A stretch of DNA of 61,121 bases, the filler included, from Basidiobolus ranarum (lineage: Eukaryota): the NCBI GenBank assembly GCA_040143965.1. It is 7 parts of 7 records of this genome, joined end to end, with 100 filler letters (N's around TTAATTAATTAA, not from the genome) between each part and the next. Parts side by side here need not be neighbours in the genome. Positions count along the whole stretch, not along the records: positions 1 to 8,669 come from JASJQH010007817.1; positions 8,770 to 17,428 come from JASJQH010007818.1; 5 more parts are not named here. The stretch is one strand, 5' to 3'. Position numbers and translations under genes: made by a program. The notes under the pieces are model-generated. The model was not told the origin of the DNA, did no database searches, and worked only from the letters and a program-made list of their open reading frames with translations. Below are positions 1 to 16,124 of this stretch, one piece after another; positions within the stretch are counted from its first letter, which is position 1, and the number at the start of each line of letters is the position of its first letter.

Positions 1-644
1 TGGAATTGCAGATCTTTGTAATGGTGTGAAGAATTTGGTAAGTGGGACAGTAGAGCCTAAACTTACTGGCTCCTTTGCTTTTCCCTTGGGTTTACTAACT
101 TCCTGCTCCTTGAGTACTCCTTTAGCTGCTTTTCTTTCTTTTCCAAGTTGATAATTGCTTACATTTTGAAGATGTTTCATGAATAGGCCAATATTAGCCC
201 ATTTGCATTTGCTTGCAAAAACCCTGGATAAGCCACATGAAATAAGTCAAGAACCTTCAGAGTAACACCCGGTTTTGGTTTTTCAACAATTGACTCAAAT
301 CCCGGTGATTTTTGGCAGGATTCTGCATAGTTTCCAAAATGTTAAATCACTCATCATCAGAGCAAGTGACAGCAGCTCTCACATTCAGAGTCTTTTGGTT
401 TGCTAGGTTTTCTATAAGATTTCTGCCATCATTTGCCCAAGCTATTTTGGGTTGTTGTGTAGGCTCAATGGTCCATTACATGTTCTGCTCTGCTAGACTG
501 TCACAGTGACATTTATATGTATGGTGTGGGATTGATTGAAAACCCATATGAGATTGAACAGAGAGGGCAGCATGTTGCTGTAGCTCAGGTACAGCAATGT
601 GAAGGTCTTGTAACATTGTTGAGTGACTCTCTAACTGCTGACTA

Positions 645-2710
645 GTCCCTAACAAAAATAAAGTCAATTTGATCAGGATCAGATCCACCTTTAGGAATTG
701 CAATACCATCAGAGAACCATCACAATATTGGTGGCTTGCATTCTACCAGGGATTTTGATGGTGTGATAGTGGCTTCTTGATGGTATCCTGATGGTATTCA
801 TACATGTTAAAATAGTGAACCTCATATTTAGCGTGCGTTATTTAATTTCCGGCAATTTTTGCAAAAATCTCAATTTCAAATGCCAAATTACTGGGTTTAC
901 TGCAATAGGAATTCAAATTAATATGCATGCCTTTATTTGGATATTGTTAGTTTTATATTCCAGCCATAATGAGAATCAAAAAATACAAGAATCTTGTTGT
1001 GTTTGGTCTCTACATACAAACATACTCAACTGATCAGACATAACAGAACAACATCAATATGCTTTACCAGCAAACTACCAGTGGAAAAATTGCTAAACAT
1101 CTGAGATTTTTACAGCATCAACACATGCCAAACAGCTGACTCTTGTGACCATTCACAATGAGAATAAGCTCTTGGATTTTGGCAAATTTCCATAAAGAAT
1201 TCTGCCAAAATATCCCCAACTTGCAGTTAACAAATGTCCTGCCACTAGTGGATGTGTCATTGCTTGAAGAGATTACCTCATGGCTAAAGAGTAATACTGC
1301 ATATCTGAATCTATCTCACTAAGAAGTCTGTCTTGCAGCATTTGTAAAAAACTGTCAGAAAATCACACAAACAAATTAGTCCAAATTGTTGAGGTACTTA
1401 CTCTGTGTCCATGGATTGGGCTTTGTTGCTGTTATTATGCTCAAACAATGCAAAAGCCTGTGAGCACATTGAAAAGAGCCCTTTGTTGGAAGGTTAATAT
1501 ACTCTGGAGTCTCCCTAACCCATCACATTTCATTAATCACTGATTTAGCCAATACATTGTTAATCAGATTAGCATATGGTAATAATGACAATTTCATACA
1601 GAGCATCATTTCACCACAGGTGCACTTCATTGGCAACTCCCAGAATGTATAGCAAGGGCCTATAATCTCTAAGCATTGAGAAAGATGCAGCAGGGTATGT
1701 ATTGAATACCAGCATACATTCAGTCTACCTTCTTGAAACCTGTAATAAAGTTTGTCATATCCAATGACAAAATCTGCACACAGTTGCTGTATCTGCCTGA
1801 GATCTGCCAATATGAGCTGATACCATAAGAATATATTAACAATATCAACAAACAACTCCCAATGTTGCCAATACTTATCAGGCAGAAATCATTTCCAGGT
1901 TCCGCTTGAACATATACAAATCCAATACTTCCAGTCTTTGTGTTTGAATAAATGCCTAGATGAGTAGATATTGATGGGAGTCCTGGTAAAATATGATGGT
2001 ATCTTGACATTTTCAAACATTTTTCCAATCAATTCAAACTTTGATCCTATCTTGAATGGCTCATTCATATTGAATTTTCCCCTTTATAGCCAAGTAGGTA
2101 GTATTGAAATGTTGTTGAATAGTAAGTGCATAGTGGCTGATGGGTAGCTCTGGCTCCAGCCGATCCCCTTTAGAAATATAATCTAAGGCTTACAGCTTGT
2201 ACCAAGTTTGATGTTTGACTGACTCTTTGGTGAATTGATATCAGTGATTATGTTGAAATATGACCAAGCTTGTGAAGCTAAAATTATTGAGTTTAGTGTT
2301 GTAATTGGATAATAGTAATATGTATGCTTGTTTGAGTAAGCTCCTTTGATTTGACAAAATCTACAGCAAGATAGTGCATTGTGCCTGCAATAACCTTCAA
2401 GCTTACTGATGGTAGGAGTGTCACCTATACATACAATGATATTAGCTTTAATAAAATATTTACCAACCTTAAACCTACTAGATAACCGTTCAAATTCCAC
2501 CATCAAAGGCTCCAGGAAGCTATCTATAAGCACTAGTGATTTAGGTCCACATATGATGGGTAGTATCAAAAAATTGTGACTCTTATACCATTCAGAAGGA
2601 GGAAGATTTAAGTCAATTAAAATTATTGGCCAGTAAGCCTTTCTAATAGTATATTAGTATAGTGAGAAACCATCCAGAGCCAATGCCAATGCATGATCAA
2701 TATACCAGAT
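645..2710 (-). mobile_element. Degenerate CACTA/EnSpm-like DNA transposon (tnp2-type transposase remnant)
   Basis: Broken minus-strand frames read LALDGF..YWPIILIDLNLPP..GPKSLVLIDSFLEPLMVEF..GDTPTISKLEGYCRHNALSCCRFCQIKG (ORF 2183-2569) and YDKLYY..IHTLLHLSQCLEIIGPCYTFWELPM (ORF 1523-1855), motifs typical of CACTA transposases; many stops and frameshifts; 3' part repeated at 26945-27746 and 34234-34925. Confidence 0.85.
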
Positions 2711-3199
2711 GTGTTCCTTTCCAGCATTAGTGCAAGTGAAGAGATTGTAATCACCTAATTATATAGTAAATCAAAAGTTGAGCAAAGTTCAACCAAAATA
2801 CCATCAAGACCATGAACTTCCCAAATAGCTACTTGCCTACTATTGAACAACCCTTGGTAGAAATTTTGAATAGAATTATTACAACTAGGGAATTGTGTGC
2901 TGGGTTGGTTGGTTTGATCCTGTTGAAGTTTCTCCACCTTGGCCAGCACAAGTTGCAGCTTGAGATTGAGCTCTTTGGTATGTGTTGGCTTCTCCAGACT
3001 AGTTTGCAGCTTGTTTGCATCTACAGTCTCTTCTTTAGATATGGGGCCTTCACTTAATGGTTAAACCAGCCATTACTGCTGGTGCTCACTTCTATGCATC
3101 AACCTGGATTGTCGCACTTGAGGTTTGTGCTTTACAGTTATTGATTCTTCAACCGCAGTAGAAGCTTCATCTGTTTTGACAGGCCATGCCCCTATTGGA

Positions 3200-6100
3200 A
3201 ATGAATCATCTGCAAGTATTGCAAGAAGCCAGGCCTTTGAATCAAAGATTGCAGACAAAGGATTTTTGCCAAAAAGCTAAAATCAGAACAAGCAAGTTGA
3301 GTAACCACTGACAGGGATCATCTATTTATGTCTGCCCTATCAGCAAACACTAAAGAAGCCTCAGAAATGAGGTACATTGACTCAGGGGCTTCCTAACACA
3401 AGTCAAACAAGAAAGATTGGTTTGCTAGCTTAAAACCAATCCAAACAAGAAAAGTCAACTTGGGTGATGACTATGCACTAGATGCAGTTGGGCAGGGCAC
3501 AGTTGTGCTCATTCTATACCAAAATTCAGATACACCATCTGCAAAATTGGATGATGTACTTTATGTATCAAATATTGCTAAAAACCTACTCTCAGTAAGC
3601 CAAGCAACATCTCAAGGACTAGATTTTTTGCTCAGCCAGGCTGGATGCACTATTACAGATCAGAATAATACCAAATTAGCTACTAGGATCAAAACTCCAA
3701 ACTTATACAAGCTTAAAATCAAAAAATTGCACCCTGAGCATGCAAACCTAGCCAAAACCAATGGAAAAAGCTGTCAAACATTGCATAGAAGATTAGGCCA
3801 CATTAGGGAACCAAAACTGACCTGAATGATCCAAAATCAGCTTGTTTCAGGCTTAGAATTTAAAGATGTTGCTAATTTGGATCTGTGCAAAGATTGCATA
3901 TATTGAAAACATCATTGACAGCCATTTTCAAGCTCTGGAGAAATCAAATCCACTCAGATTTTTGCACTGACTCATTCTGACCTATGTGGGCCCATGAAAA
4001 ACATCTCACTAGGTGGGAAAAGGTACTTTGTGACTTTTATTAATGACAAAAAAAGATTTACTTGGGTACTTTTCTCAAATAAAAATCTGAAGCCGTAGCT
4101 ACATTCAAGCACTATAAAGCAATGGTTGAGAAAGATTCAGCACAAAAAGTAAGGTTACTAAGGAGTGTTAAGGGTGATAAATACTGCTCTAAAGGCTTTG
4201 CTAGTTTTTGTTCAAACATGGAATTAGGCAACGAATTACTTTACTCTTTACTCCACTGCAAAATGGTGTTGTAGAATGTTCTAATAGGATCATATTGGAG
4301 ATGGCAAGATCAATGTTACATGATCAAATGTCAGTTTACCAATATTGGGCTGAATCTGTCTCCAGAGCATTCTATATCAAAAATAGATGACCAATAAGAT
4401 TGCTACAAGTATCTACTTCATTTGCTCAAAAATGCTCTAAATTGAGGCCCAAATGCAGAAAACACTTTTTACTTGGTTGTTGTGATGGATCTAAGGCCTA
4501 TAGACTGTTAGATGCTAAAATCATACATTAATTATTGCTGAGATGTGATTTTTGATGAAGAAGCAAATTTTTCACCTCAAATCACAGTTCTTGATCCAGA
4601 AAACACAATTGGCACAATTCAGGAAGTGCCTGAAAAATATTCCAGCAGTATCTGAGCCCTATTGTACCAAAATTCCAGTCCCAATTACATCCAAGGATGA
4701 ACCAGGACCCATAAGTTCATTCAGAAGGAGAAATAAGCCAGGAAACTGGAGGAACACTTCCAATGATGAATTATATGCTTATGCAGGATTCTGTGACAAG
4801 CCACAGACTCTTGATAAACTCTGGAGTGTTTAGAATCAAAATTTTGAATAAAGCAATGTCTAATGAGTTTTCTTCACTTCAGGATAATAAAATCTGGGTT
4901 TTAAGTCCTCTATCATCAGGGAGAAATCCAATCAGTTGCAAAACGGTCTACACAGTCAAAAACTAAGCTGATGGCACCATAGAGAGGTACATAGCAAGGT
5001 TAGTTCCAAAAAGTTATTCCCAGACTTCAGGAGTTGGTTTTAGTGAAACATTTGCTCCATTAGCCACATTTAGCTCCATAAGATCAATCCTGGCACTCTC
5101 AGCTATCCATGACCTTGATTTCCATCAGATGAATGTAGAAACAGCCTTTCTGATTGGTAATCTAGAAGAAGAGATCAATATTGAGCAACCAGATTAATTT
5201 GTTGACCCAAAACATCCTGATATGGACTGTAAACTGCACAAATTGCTATATGGACTCAAGCAAGCACCCAGGGCATGGTACAACAAGGTTATACCTATTT
5301 GGAATCACTGGAATTCCAAAAATGCACAGCAGAACCCAGTATTTACATCAAACCAACCAGAAATAGGATTCTTATCTTGGCACAATATGTGGATGACTTG
5401 ATCATAGCTACTATTGATCTAGAAGCACTTAATCAAACAACAAAGCAGCTTATCAAACAAACTTCAGAAGTCTGATATGGGTGAATTAAGTTATTTTCAC
5501 AGAGTCCAAACCAAGAGAGAAAAATCCAATCAGAAAATCATTCTTAATCAGTCTGGATACATCCTGGACATCCTGAAATGCTGCAACATTGAGAATAGCA
5601 AGACTGTATCAATAACAATGGATCCCATTGTGAAATCAATCAAAATTTCATCCAATTTGGCTCAAAATGACTCAAATCAAAGCCAGAAGTTCCCTTATCA
5701 ATCCATGGTGGGTAGTTTAATTTATACAATGGTTGGAACATGTCCAGACATAGCTGTGGCAGTGGGAGCTGTCAACCAATATCTCACAAATCTAGGATCT
5801 GAGCACAAAACTGCAGTAAAATGAATGTTCAAGCATTTGAGAGTAACTGTAGATCTAGTTCTGGAATACTCTGCCACTCCTGATGCACAAGAATTTGAAG
5901 GCTACAGTGATGCAGACTGGGCAAGACACCTTGATAATAGATGTGCAACAATTGAGTACATTTTTCTCTAAGGTAATGGAGCCATAACTTGGAATAATAA
6001 GAAGCAACCAACCATAGCTCTTTCCACTACAGAAGCAGAGTATATGGCTCACTCTGCTACTACACAAGAAGCTATGGGGTTAAGGAAGTTATTTGCAGTC

Positions 6101-6732
6101 TTAGGATACATGCAAATTTATGTTATTACTGCATTTGAAGATAATCAAAGTTGTATTTCATTAGCTAAAAACCCAACATTTCATGCTAGAGCAAAGCATA
6201 TAGAGATTAGGCATCATTTTGTTAGAGAAGCAATAGACACTGATTTAATTGAACTTGTCTGTTGCCCTGCTAAAGACATGATTGTTGACATCTTGACCAA
6301 ACCTTTAGCTAAAGCACATGTGAATTATTAAGATATAAGTTAAGTTTCAGAGAAATAGAAAAATAATTAGTTGAGTGGGAATGCTGAAATTAGATAAATA
6401 GCAACTCATTATTTGATAGCTAGTTTGCTCATATTCTGATTATTTAACACTCCATTCTGTCATTCAATAACAAGTGTTTACTGCTCTATTTGATAGAAAT
6501 ATCAAATAGATCACTTTTACCACTTTTCACTATTTTCTCAAAACTTCTCCAAATCATCTCATATTTTCACCCACACTTAACAGGCATGTTTCTTATGATC
6601 TAAGCACATCCACTAGTCCTATTCCATAGTAAACTATAAATAGGACATATTCATTTCAATAAAACTCAAGTGACTAATTCATAAATGCAAATTTTGTCCA
6701 AAGCACTTCCAAATCCCCTAAATACTTTATCA
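3200..6732 (+). mobile_element. Degenerate Ty1/copia LTR retrotransposon (family A), 5'-truncated
   Basis: Copia domain order: zinc knuckle remnant CKYCKKPG (~3210), protease YIDSGAS (~3373), HRRLGH, integrase HSDLCGPM, RT (YVDDLII, YQSMVGSLIY), RNase H (EAEYMA, KHIEIRHHFVRE), PPT TTGAGTGGGAA at 6371-6381, then LTR; stops and frameshifts throughout. Confidence 0.95.
6382..6732 (+). repeat. 3' LTR, copia family A (~351 bp)
   Basis: TG...TATCA termini directly after the PPT; homologous to 28505-28855, 29823-30172 (rc) and 33124-33473. Confidence 0.9.
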
Positions 6733-7169
6733 ATTGGAAGTTAATCTGTGGCAAAATTTTCAAGCAACTAGACAATTTGTTTCCAAATTGTAACAATAAT
6801 GTGATTGCCCTTAGCTAAAAAAAGAAAATGCAAAGCAAATAAGTACTGATAAGGAAAAATGTAAAACATTTCACATGTAGCCAATTTCTAGATATAGAAA
6901 TTATCATACCCTTTTGTTCACACTGAAATGGAGTTATAGAATGCTTGTGTGGCCATTGTGGAGAAGGTAATATTGTTGGTTCATAACACAAAGTTAGATT
7001 ATCATATTAGGTGGGATTTTTCTCCACTCAAATTTATATTAAATATACATGCCCAGAAAGATTGCTAAACAGTTTCCCCTATTTTAAGCCCTAAAGAGCT
7101 CAAAACATTCTGTGGAGCACATCCTGATCTTTTATTTCATTCCATGAGACTTTGTTGTTAATTTAGAAG

Positions 7170-8390
7170 TACTATATGAGAACCCAAAGCTGCTAATGCC
7201 TATTTCTTTGCTACTTGGATGGATCTAAGGCCTAGAGAACATATTATTGCAACAACCATCAGGCATTTGAATGCAGATATATGAATTTTAGAGGCAGGGC
7301 AAATTTTCTGCCTTCATGACAATGTTGTTCATCCAAATACTGGAGAAAGCATAATGCAAGAAGAGACTGATGAAATGCAGCTGTTTCTCAGCATAAAACC
7401 ACCAGGTATTCAGTCTTTGCTATATCAGAGGAGGACTCAAAATCAGAAAGCTCAACCAGAAGCAGTCATAAGCCAACAAATAGGCAGAATTGTTTCAACA
7501 ATGATTTCTCTATCTTGTGAAGGGCCATGGACTCAAGATCCAGTGGTGAGTTGTCAAATATTTAAACCGAAGAGAGAGCAATTTATGATGCATTTCCTTC
7601 ACTCCAGGACAAGAAAACATGAGTATTCAGACCTCAACCATAAGGAAGCAAGCCACTATGCTGCAAATGAATCTATAAAGTGAAACACACACTGATGTAA
7701 GCTGGGTAAAGTACATGGCCAGCAAACATGCAATAGTGTATGAGTACACTCCATGAGCTGACTTTAATAAAGCCTTTGCTTGGGAAGATACCTTGTTGAA
7801 AATAACCTTTGTTCATGTTATTCTGAAAGAGGTATACAATATCAAGTAGCCAAATAGTTTTTTTGGCCCATATCATCCTATATTTGTCTGTAAACAGTAA
7901 ACTATGTGTTGAAATTGGCCTTACATAAACATCTGTATTATCAGATGGAGCTTAGTATTTAGCTATCCAATATTTCACCATGCTATTACCCGTTATTCTC
8001 AATTGCAACTTACTCAAAATATTCTTACCAATTTAGAAGTTCTCCCATATATAGATTTTTAAAACTTGATAAGGTCTACTGCCAAAATTTCTCAAACTTT
8101 TCCTTAGTCTGAAAAAATGAATTGGGCCTATTTTAAAGTATCAAAATTTAGAGTGAAAATGCTGCTATAAGAGAAAGACCTTTGGGGCAATGCTACAGGA
8201 GAGGAACCTATGCAATACTATCCAAAACCCAAGCCTTACTACATGCTGAATAACTACCAACTACCTTTTGCTTTTAAAAATAATATAAATGTTTAGGGCA
8301 TTTGGAAGTAGCCAAGTCTTTAGAGCAGTATTTTCCACCATTATTACTTAGTAGTACCCTTATTTTTTGCACCAATTCTTTAGACTTGTT
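7170..8390. mobile_element. Fragmented copia remnants including a partial family-B LTR (7907-~8070)
   Basis: Integrase C-terminal piece (EPKA..DGSKA) near 7180-7235; TGTTGAAATT-starting segment homologous to 49207-49556; gag piece KMLL*EKDLWG near 8155-8200; minus-strand integrase piece KIRVLLSNNGGKYCS near 8320-8370. Confidence 0.7.
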
Positions 8391-8669
8391 CCATCGGACC
8401 AGGTCAGATCGTGCCGCTCGATCCAGCCTGCTAGTACACCATCTGGCGCGATCTGTCAATTACCATGGCTGGGTCCTATAACACTCGATCGGACACTATA
8501 AGGAACAATATGGCACTATCCCACCACAATCGGACACGATGATTTTTTTGGAGATATCGTGCCAGCCCGTACCAAGTTACCCGATTTAGTATTGCCAAAT
8601 TACAATTTTGGGTAACTGACAAAGTAAATTCATCCCCTAGTTTGTAACTTACAAATTACTGAATGTGTA

Positions 8670-8769
8670 NNNNNNNNNNNNNNNNNNNNNNNNNNNNNNN
8701 NNNNNNNNNNNNNTTAATTAATTAANNNNNNNNNNNNNNNNNNNNNNNNNNNNNNNNNNNNNNNNNNNN
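8670..8769. other. Artificial contig spacer
   Basis: 44 N + TTAATTAATTAA + 44 N. Confidence 0.99.
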
Positions 8770-9252
8770 ATGAAACTCTACTGTGAGATAGCAAATAGAG
8801 AATATCCCATCAAGAATTGGGACTTCTTTGTTGCCTTCTCCTTCTTTAGAGTATGTATAGTAAAGTATGGGTCATCATACGACTTCACTAACCCATTTAT
8901 CTAGTTGGCAGTAATCACCCAGGGAATCGCTGCCCGATCAGCTAAGAATCAGGCTAGCTCTGCGAAAGCTGCACATTATGCAAAAATGTTCCGCCCCCTC
9001 TCAAACTTAGTACTAGCTATCATTGACCAATCAAGTAGCAAGCTTTAACAATCTGGACAAATTACTGAATTACATGTGCAAATAAAATTCATTAAACTGC
9101 GATTTTTCGAGTGCAAAATGCTCCACATTGTCACCAAATTGAGTACAAGCCGCTCATCTGATTCTAAATCATCACTCAGTCAATCACCACAAGTTCCCTA
9201 TAAAAAGGGAGTTCTTGGATAAATCTATTCAAAACTCTATCAATACAACAGA

Positions 9253-9958
9253 ATGTTACAGTACGGATATTTAATTGGTAAAACATCCTCTTCATAACAT
9301 ACACTATGCCTTCATGTGAGACTAATCCCCTATTTACAATGCGCTAGGTGAGAACTCAGCAGAAACCAGACTAGTCACTCCACCCCATCTCAAGGGGAAA
9401 ATCGGCTTAAGCCTTGGACAAAGTAATCGCTTTTGCTTTGTTGGTACAAGAGAAGCTATCCTTGAATGGATGCGTAACTTCAGTGATATTATTGTCGAGG
9501 TCAACTTGGGCTATAAACATGAATTACAGCATGACTTGGTTTTCGACACTTTCTGGCAATATAATGAAGATGCCACTTGGACAGATTCGTTTTGGAGTTA
9601 TTTAGGTTGGCCAGATAAGAATACTGAAAAAGTTCGTGTGGAGATTCGAGCAAGAAACCGTAAGATCGATGATGATTTAGATCCCTATCATAGAGTTGTG
9701 ACCCCGAACCGTGTTACTTTGGGTGCTATGGCAGATACTCTGGAGAAACAATGGGCAAACACTGGACCATCCTACATGGACATTGCGAAGCACATATTGA
9801 ATGACGAGCCCATACCTGCTCCATATGTTGACAACCTTCCACTTGCAGATATTGTTGTTGAAGACCAGCCTAAACCCACGGGAACCACCACCTCCCCCGC
9901 ACCCGAGCCTCTCCCCACTCCAACTCCTAAAAACTCGGATGTACCATATTTGGCGTAA
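9253..9958 (+). CDS. Hypothetical protein, 2 exons, Pro/Thr-rich C-terminus
   Basis: TATAAAA at ~9199; ATG 9253; GT..AG intron ~9278-9347 splices MLQYGYLIG in frame to an exon continuous with ORF 9470-9958; no family recognised. Confidence 0.75.
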
Positions 9959-11339
9959 ATTTGTCAGATAATTTTTTCTCTATGGACTCGGATACGGTTA
10001 CATCATTGTTAATTTCAATCAATCTTGTCAATATAATATACTTTCCATTCAAATTGCATCAACCAGTATTTTCCAATGAATGGGTGTGTGACATCACCGC
10101 ATACATAAATAAGCAAGATTGGTTTTGTTTAAATCTATGCACTATTAGTGGAGAGAAGCTTGGCTTCTACATATGACACCATGGCCGTGATTCTCAAAGC
10201 CTTTGGCTGGGAAGAGCAACAATCTCAATATATCTTAAGAGCGATCATTTCAGATACAAACTAAAAGGAGCGTAACTGTAAAAGCTTAGCTCTGGCCCTA
10301 GTCAATTTTAGCAAGTGTAAAGCGTTGGCTATTGGCTTTCCGGAGCGATGATCCCTCCAGCTAGCCAGATCAAATGAATCAACAGAACAGTGCGCTAGAC
10401 AATCATTTGGGCAAAAGGACAAAAAGGAAAGAGAATAAAGAAAATGAAATTAGGCTTTGGTGCCCAGACTATCGGCTTCTATATTTGGAAAGGTAATTGT
10501 ATTAGTGTAATATTCCACCCATATTAGTAGTCTTTGAGTTGATTGTCCCCTCCTCACCCACTGGGTTTGTTTCAACAAGCCAACAGTGTGTCGTAGCAAC
10601 ATCGCTGGAACACATGATCAATCATGCTCTCGAAAGCGCATAATGGGTGTGTTCGAAGTGTGTTCGATGCCTAGAGTCTTCTGGTTTGTTGCTCTTGATT
10701 TGTGCCGTTCTTACGAATCTTCCACATCTCATGGTGCTCTTGAATATTGTTATCAATTTTATAATTCAGTAATATCACTAGTAGTAGCGGTAATGACAGT
10801 GGTAATACATTGTAGTACTCATTAAATCTACCAATTCCAATAAATCTGATGAGGGTCCTCGGTTTGAAAGTCACCATATCCCAATTTGTGCAATCACTAA
10901 TTATCTGCCAGATATTCTTTAAAACTCTATTATCAAATCCCTAGCCTCACCCCTTTTTCACACTCGTTATCTTTATTCACTTTCATCCTTATTTCCGCTT
11001 GCTACTCATCCTCTTTGCTTGTCGAATCCTTTTCAGCAAGAGTGCTATCTATCATTATCGTTTGCCTACTGTGTGTATTGCAAATAAGCCCGGCGCAGAT
11101 AGAGTATATTTGATAATTTATTATACTGCCTTGCACCAGAGTACGTAAAGTTTTGCCACCATCTCGTTGGAACTTCAATTATATAGACATATAATTTATA
11201 TCTTTTGGAATCTATCCCCTCTCATATTCATTCTTTTTAACTCTTTTTAACTTCCTCTCTTTAGTACAGAATACCCTGGGTCTCCCAAATATTTGCTTAG
11301 TCACAATATAAAGTTTAAGCTTTCACGATCCCCTTTTCA

Positions 11340-13992
<2,653 letters not shown>

Positions 13993-14684
13993 TTCACTAA
14001 CATCACATACGTACTTCTCAGCCTTTTCCCTTCCCTTTCCTTCCCCAATTTTTCGTGTAAATCTGTTCCATTTAGCAAACATTTTGCCTTCCGAAGCATC
14101 GTAATTAATTAACATTCCACGATTCTCTTCACATTTGCGCATGGGCGTAATTCTTATTTCTTTCATCTCACTCTTTTCTATCGAACTTAGCAGGGAACAA
14201 ACGAGCCAAGGGATGTCATGAATTCTTTTTGTTATACATTGCATTTGTTTTTTAAATTACCATTTATCTTTTAATGCAACCCTTCTTTTCATGAATCCCT
14301 CTCCCTTTCCTCCACCCATACCCTACCACTCTCATCTCCCCCAATAGTCTGATGAGATGTTATAATGTATTCCCAGATAATGGTTATTGCCCCTCCCCTT
14401 ACTTTGATTCCTGATACTACGTATTTCATCACAGATTCCCATACAATTCCCATTTATACCACTTCGTCGTATCCATTAGAAAACGTACTGATAAACATAT
14501 ATAGCTAACCTGGGGTTGGAACACTATAACTTGTGAACTTGATTCAACTAGCAACCTGAGCTTCATTGCAAAAGAATTGTAAGAGATGGAACAAATGGGA
14601 CAAAGTACTTTCAAAAGGACACACATTTGATTAAAATATGAGGGGGAAATAACATGAATGAGCCGAATGGGGAACTCAAAAGTA

Positions 14685-16124
14685 TCAATTTAACACGGAA
14701 GCGATCTCTCTTTCTTTCTCTTCCGCCAACTTCAATTTCTTTTGTTTCCTAAGAATCTCCTCTTCTTCTTCCAACGCCTTCTTTCTCTTGAATCTATGGA
14801 GTATCAAACAGGTAAGTGATGGGGAAAGAAATGGGAAAGTACCCTCAAATATTCGATCAACTTACAAAAGACTATCGGGATTCTTTTCAGGATTACGACA
14901 AAATATAAGTCTACGATCGATTTCTCTTACTACCGCGATTTGTACGGGTTTATATTCTTGTAGTATTTTCTCTATTTCACCCAGAATATTCTGAAGTTTT
15001 GTTAAAGAATTCGGTTCATCTCGGAATTTTTCATTTAAATATCTAGAAGATGGTGGTTAGATGTGAAGGGGAGAGAGAAGGGGAAGGGGGATTGAATTCA
15101 TTCCAAAGACTTACCCTTCAATATCACAACGAAATTGCTTTCCAGCCAGATTCATAGCTGCCATGGCTATTTGAGATGGTTGATATAAGAAGATCAAATC
15201 TGTATAAAGTGATTTATCAACCCAATCGACCGCTTTTTCATATGTTGAAGTTAAGATGGCCAAATCTTGAATATGCGACTAATAGTGATGGTAAGAAGAG
15301 CGAACAGGGAGATTGGAAACCTCTTCGTGAATGAAAAAGGAGATTGGTTGACTTACTTGCATGTCTAAATATAACCCATGTAATGGTCTATACGGATGAT
15401 GAATGGTGAATTCGAATTTTAAACTTTGAGATATGATGAATTCCAAGTCCAATATAGACTGTGCCGTAGTCTTGGGTATACGTTGAGCGAAATCGTCTAT
15501 AGCGATAAAGGAATTCTCCACTTTAGTGGCCAGGAAAAGGGAAGTCAACCTGGAAAGAAAAAATTCAATAACCAGTGGTAGTTAAAGTTGGTGTTAAAAA
15601 GGAGAATACATGATGGTCTTTGGATGATAATCCATCACCGTATTATATAGAAAGAAACGTTTCATATAAGTGATGGCAGTAGCCTTATGAATAATAGAAA
15701 TTTCGTGAGTTTTTGAACAATCTATATTTTTTTGAGAAAGAGGAATTTCTTTGGAACTTACTTTCACTTTGTTTGGAAATTGAAAAGCTTTACAAAAGTC
15801 CCTTACTTTGGTTTCATAAAAACCCACCAACGCCAACTCGTCATTAACGTTTAAATAATTCGTTTGTTCACTATTAGTTTGTGGATTATCTCCTAATTGT
15901 TTCTAAGAAAAAAGGAAACGAAAAATACCCCCACATTAAGTTAGGTTCTAAAATGGGTGAACATTAAAGGGAGAGAAATCTACCGCTTCTTCCAGATTGG
16001 TTTTTACTCGTTCAATAGAGGCTTGGTTACTTTGTTGTCTTATTTCCTGTAACTGTTTCTCACTAAACCTCCAGTCTCTATATTGTGACGATTGTTCATA
16101 AAGAGGTTTTAGTTGTTTTGACAT
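14685..16124 (-). CDS. CCL1: Cyclin H (Ccl1/Mcs2), CAK/TFIIH subunit, multi-exon
   Basis: N-terminal YEQSSQYRDWRFS; cyclin box ATAITYMKRFFLYNTVMDYHPKTIM, FLATKVEN, LEFIISQSLKFEFTIHHPYRPLHG, LYQPSQIAMAA; GT-AG introns. Confidence 0.93.

Noticed and set aside
1..620. Possible second CACTA ORF or gag remnant on the minus strand
   Set aside because: Broken frames with no motif I can assign
8714..8725. Recurrent TTAATTAATTAA palindrome
   Set aside because: Always centred in N runs; artificial six-frame stop linker
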